DNA from: Limisphaerales bacterium
GTDB taxonomy: Bacteria > Verrucomicrobiota > Verrucomicrobiia > Limisphaerales > SIBE01
Assembly: GCA_044225505.1 (NCBI GenBank)
Contig: JBGAIN010000024.1
Span: 52,351 to 72,350, forward strand
Direction of reading: 5' to 3'
DNA: 20,000 nucleotides
In this document: positions 16,929 to 20,000 of the stretch, piece by piece
How the letters are laid out: every line of letters starts with the position of its first letter
How positions within the stretch are numbered: the first letter of the stretch is position 1
The notes under the pieces: model-generated
Told to the model about the DNA's origin: nothing
What the model saw: the letters and a program-made list of their open reading frames with translations, nothing else
Databases searched by the model: none
Position numbers and translations under genes: made by a program

Positions 16929-17906
16929 TCAGACGCCGGAGTAGCCAAACTGCTCGAGAGGGCTGCAGACCCGCTCGACCTCCGGATGGAGGTAGCCCAT
17001 TGTCGTCTCGATGTGGGAGTGTCCGAGCACGACCTGCACGTCCGGAACCAGCGCTCCGTGTTGGAGGGCATGGGTCGCAAACGCGTGTCTCAAACAGTGC
17101 GGGGTGATACCGTCCAAGCCGCACGAGGAAGCAGCCCTTCTCAGGGCTCGTTGAACGTTGGCTTCATGGCAACGCCATCGCACGACTTCTTTACTGCGAC
17201 TGTCGCGGCAGGTTGTTCTAGACGGGAAGAGCCAGGCCCAACGTTCCGAGTATCGAGCTCGGGGGTATTTGCGGGCCAGAAGCCCTGGCAGTGGCACAGG
17301 AATCCCATTCGCCCGGTCTGCTGCGGATACAGCTTTCGCCACGTTAAGCTGTTGTTCCAGTGCGGGGCGGAGGCAGGATGGGATTTTGACGACTCGATCC
17401 TTGTTCCCTTTGGCTTGATGGATGACCAGACGGTTGCTCGCCAAGTCGACATCTTTGATCCGGAGGTTCAGGGGTTCTGTGACTCGCAGCCCGCAACCGT
17501 AGAGCAGATGGACAATGAGGCGGGTTGGGTATCCGTGGAGGTCTTCGACTCGCCCCAGCAAAAGGCGCGTTTCATTCCAGGAGGGACAGTCTCTGACTGT
17601 TTCCGAGCGTTTGGCACGGAGGGCATCCACTTTACCCACTTCGACCCGGAAACAGGTTCGATAAAGGAACAAGAGGGCGTTGAACGCTTGATTTTGGGTG
17701 GAAGCGGAGGCACCTCTGGCGGCCAAGTGGGTGAGAAAGGCTTCCATTTTTCGCTCCCGGGTGGCGGAAGCCAACTGGGAGGAGCGCCCTTTGAGAAAGT
17801 GGCCAAAATGACTCACCCAGTGGGTGTAGGCCTTCTCGGTCTTGATGGAGAGGCGTTTTCGTTTGCAAGTCTCGCGCACTAAATGGATTGCATCCAAAAT
17901 ATTCAT
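16929..17906 (-). CDS. intI: Integron integrase (tyrosine recombinase), complete
   Basis: 'ASTQNQAFNALLFLY'; catalytic R (GCGLR), K (KGNKDR), HxxR (HCLRH), H (LGH), Y (TMGY); IntI-specific insertion 'VPLPGLLARKYPRA...WAWLFPS'. Confidence 0.97.
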   Translation of the reverse strand: MNILDAIHLVRETCKRKRLSIKTEKAYTHWVSHFGHFLKGRSSQLASATRERKMEAFLTHLAARGASASTQNQAFNALLFLYRTCFRVEVGKVDALRAKRSETVRDCPSWNETRLLLGRVEDLHGYPTRLIVHLLYGCGLRVTEPLNLRIKDVDLASNRLVIHQAKGNKDRVVKIPSCLRPALEQQLNVAKAVSAADRANGIPVPLPGLLARKYPRARYSERWAWLFPSRTTCRDSRSKEVVRWRCHEANVQRALRRAASSCGLDGITPHCLRHAFATHALQHGALVPDVQVVLGHSHIETTMGYLHPEVERVCSPLEQFGYSGV

Positions 17907-17911
17907 GCGGT

Positions 17912-17940
17912 AATATACGAACCACGGTTCGTTTAATAAA
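17912..17940 (-). promoter_or_regulatory. Putative intI promoter with LexA-like palindrome (17917-17932) in the spacer
   Basis: Minus strand reads TTTATT-AAACGAACCGTGGTTCG(17 nt)-TATATT-ACCGC-ATG. Confidence 0.55.
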
Positions 17941-17950
17941 ATAGTTGCGC
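17931..17950 (+). other. attI site of integron 2 (core GTTGCGC at 17944-17950)
   Basis: GTTGCGC is the exact complement of the first cassette's R'' GCGCAAC (18293-18299). Confidence 0.88.
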
Positions 17951-17961
17951 GTGGTAGCTAT

Positions 17962-18276
17962 ATGTCGCGGTTGTCGTCTTTTATTTGGGCCTTAGGCGGT
18001 GTCGAGCTGGTCGCCTTGCTCTCGATCTTTGGATACGCGGCTTCCATTGAGGGGAATCACACTGGATGGGAACCATTCGCATCGTTCTTCCTTTTCGTGC
18101 CGTTCGCAATAGGCGGGGGCGCCGCTGTGTTCCTTGGTCGTGGTCGACCGGCATTACGCTTGCCGGGTTGGATCCTTGCCGTTGTTGGCGTTCTTGGGGT
18201 GATCGCCATAATCTACCTCGACCAGTCAAACCGGTTGGTTCAATATGACCGCTGGGTGAAGCGAGGAATGCCGTGA
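17962..18276 (+). CDS. Cassette: 3-TM membrane hypothetical protein
   Basis: ATG 12 nt after the attI core, three hydrophobic segments, followed by attC. Confidence 0.82.
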   Translation: MSRLSSFIWALGGVELVALLSIFGYAASIEGNHTGWEPFASFFLFVPFAIGGGAAVFLGRGRPALRLPGWILAVVGVLGVIAIIYLDQSNRLVQYDRWVKRGMP

Positions 18277-18292
18277 AGATGAGCCGTAAACC

Positions 18293-18418
18293 GCGCAACC
18301 AATCCTTGGAAACGAACTGCCGCCGCTCGTCTGGAATCGATACCAACGGTGAAAACGAGGGCCGCGTTGACTCATTAGCTGACGTTCCCAGCGGCAGTCG
18401 CTCAAGTCAGTGTTCGCC
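18293..18418 (+). other. attC
   Basis: GCGCAAC..CTTGGAAACGAACTGCCGCCG...CAGCGGCAGTCGCTCAAG..GTTCGCC. Confidence 0.88.
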
Positions 18419-18888
18419 GTGAAGCATTTGCTCGCAACTGTGGTCCTGCTGTTCGGCGTGGCATGCGCATCAGATCGAGCACCGAAACCCTTCGCTTTGC
18501 CTTCGGACACCAGAGGACCTTTTCCGGCAGACTCGCTTTCACTTCCGCGTCTGGGGGTCAGTGGAGTTNNNNNNNNNNNNNNNNNNNNNNNNNNNNNNNN
18601 NNNNGGCTCCAAAGGGAAGAGGTGAAGACGCTTTCTTATGCATACAATCGAAAAATCATTGGAAATTGTGGCGGTCCCGAGCCGCCGAAGGAGAATGGGG
18701 ATTGGTGGACGGTTACCTGCGGTGATGGCTATATCTGGCACGAGGTCGGTCGGCTATGGTTATCGAAGAACGGAAGCAACGTGGTCTATGAGGTTACCGG
18801 AAGACATAAGAGCGATAAGACCCGGCGCGTAATGAGGAGTCTCCGCTATGAGTTCGGCGAACCAGCGGCTGGAGGGAACGCCGAGTGA
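18419..18888 (+). CDS. Cassette: putative lipoprotein interrupted by an assembly gap (N at 18569-18604)
   Basis: GTG start 'MKHLLATVVLLFGVAC'. Frame differs across the gap, so the true gap length is unknown. R' GTTCGCC (18412) matches R'' GGCGAAC (18856), so both sides probably belong to one cassette. Confidence 0.62.
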
Positions 18889-18946
18889 GCGCGCTTGTTC
18901 CAGTTTATCAGCATCGACTCGGCGTCCCTCAGCCGCGTTGTTAGCC
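18856..18946 (+). other. attC
   Basis: GGCGAAC..GGCTG(G)AGGGA(A)CGCCGAGT...ACTCGGCGTCCCTCAGCC..GTTAGCC. Confidence 0.93.
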
Positions 18947-18962
18947 CAGTACGCGTTCCGCC

Positions 18963-19406
18963 GTGAGCAAGCCCACCCTCATCGCAATTGATCACGACGA
19001 TGATCACGCCAGCCATATTGGGCACCTCTCAGACGGGCGCCAGTTCTTCCTCACCACGCCGTTTGTGCCCGCAACGGGTGGGAGTGCCGCCCGAGAATTC
19101 GTCGCGCTGTATATCTTCGACAGGAAGGGAGTATTGCTCGAAGCTCGGATTGATGACCTGGGCACCCGAGCATCGCTGGACCACGGTGCTGCTCACGCTA
19201 CGTTTGAGCAAAGGCTCGGAGAGCTTGGCACGGTGGAATATGGTCGCAGCCATGTGCAGCCATTTGAAATCGACCGGTTCGGCACCACTTTCGGCCTCGT
19301 GCCACGGGCGCCCGAAGAAGGAGACGACGATTGGTGGGTCGAAGTGCAACCTGGAAACTACATGGCCTTTCACGAACCATGGGACAGCGGAGAATATGAC
19401 ACCTGA
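18963..19406 (+). CDS. Cassette: acidic hypothetical protein
   Basis: 147-aa ORF (GTG start) filling the space between GTTAGCC (18940) and its complement GGCTAAC (19413). Confidence 0.82.
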   Translation: MSKPTLIAIDHDDDHASHIGHLSDGRQFFLTTPFVPATGGSAAREFVALYIFDRKGVLLEARIDDLGTRASLDHGAAHATFEQRLGELGTVEYGRSHVQPFEIDRFGTTFGLVPRAPEEGDDDWWVEVQPGNYMAFHEPWDSGEYDT

Positions 19407-19412
19407 ACCAGG

Positions 19413-19505
19413 GGCTAACGAGCCGACTGCACCGAACCCGGCGGTCACAGTCGGGTTCCAAATGGACCACCCCTGGCGCCGGGTCGGTGAGCGGCGTTGT
19501 TCGGC
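19413..19505 (+). other. attC
   Basis: GGCTAAC..ACTGCACCGAACCCGGCG...CGCCGGGTCGGTGAG..GTTCGGC. Confidence 0.9.
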
Positions 19506-19532
19506 TACATCGCACGGACGGGAAAGTTCACT

Positions 19533-19709
19533 ATGAAACAAATCAAGCGATTGCTTGCCTTATCGGCTGTTGCTGTTTTCCTTGGCGGATGCGCCACCGC
19601 GCCGCAGCACGAGTCGGTGGCCCAAACTCCTAATGAGCGGGCCGCGATTGATGCCGCCGCCGCAGACCGGAACAACTGGTTTGATCCAGCTTGGTTTAAA
19701 CCTTACTGA
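19533..19709 (+). CDS. Cassette: small 58-aa lipoprotein
   Basis: 'MKQIKRLLALSAVAVFLGGC' lipobox, directly after an attC. Confidence 0.75.
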   Translation: MKQIKRLLALSAVAVFLGGCATAPQHESVAQTPNERAAIDAAAADRNNWFDPAWFKPY

Positions 19710-19795
19710 AACGCGGATGCGCCCACCCGGCGATAGCGCCTCGGTTCCAGCTCGGATGGCGACGGGCGCTGGGCCGGCGTTACTGATCGTTAGGC
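19710..19795 (+). other. Degenerate attC
   Basis: R' GTTAGGC at 19789-19795 is preceded by L'-like GTTACTGA with a shortened spacer. No R'' matching GTTCGGC found. Confidence 0.45.
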
Positions 19796-19806
19796 CGCTT
19801 CACGCC

Positions 19807-20000
19807 ATGCGCACATTCAAGACCATTCTGGTATCATTAGCACTGATTCTGTTTATGGGTTGCCGGACGCCGCCGCCCACCCCAGCGCCTGCAAAAGCCG
19901 CTTCTCAAGCCGACAGTCGAGTTGATTTCACTGACCCGGTGCTCAACCAGCGGAAGATTTTCCTCTTTGGCCGGATTGATGCGCGCGCAGCGGAGCAAAC
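19807..20000 (+). CDS. Cassette (partial, not in ORF track): lipoprotein leading into a ClpP-like sequence
   Basis: Manual translation: MRTFKTILVSLALILFMGC-RTPPPTPAPAKAASQADSRVDFTDPVLNQRKIFLFGRIDARAAEQ..., open to the window end. Confidence 0.7.
   Translation, partial: MRTFKTILVSLALILFMGCRTPPPTPAPAKAASQADSRVDFTDPVLNQRKIFLFGRIDARAAEQ

Larger units (their letters stand above)
16929..20000 (+). mobile_element. Integron 2: complete intI + attI + at least 5 cassettes (continues beyond the window)
   Basis: intI is divergent from an array of attC-bounded ORFs with matching R'/R'' pairs. Confidence 0.95.

Noticed and set aside
16656..17882. 408-aa ORF on + strand
   Set aside because: Antisense shadow of intI with no recognisable motifs; expected in GC-rich coding DNA.
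18569..18604. Apparent frameshift in the second cassette of array 2
   Set aside because: Caused by an N gap of uncertain length, not biology.

Overview
GC-rich bacterial DNA; the kinase architectures and attC style suggest a Verrucomicrobia/PVC-like host (inference). Left 12 kb: the 3' end of an AcrB-family RND transporter, a TonB-dependent receptor, two membrane Ser/Thr kinases (one WD40, one LRR) and several hypothetical genes, one ending in a decayed attC. Right 8 kb: two integrons in tandem and in the same orientation. Integron 1 has a deleted, truncated intI (~12020-12340, -), an intact-looking attI (~12365-12384) and about 10 cassettes. These are one lipoprotein, three toxin-antitoxin pairs (DUF4160/DUF2442 and two HicB-HicA), and six copies of an unusual non-coding cassette. 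That cassette is an internally deleted four-helix-bundle (23S rRNA IVP-like) gene enclosed in a ~30-bp hexamer-periodic inverted repeat. Integron 2 has a complete intI (16929-17906, -), an attI region sharing 31 identical bp with the first, and at least 5 cassettes for membrane, lipo- or hypothetical proteins. The last of these appears to be a lipid-anchored ClpP-like protein. Both intI promoters carry a GAAC-N4-GTTC (LexA-like) palindrome. All family calls come from motif recognition by eye, not database searches.
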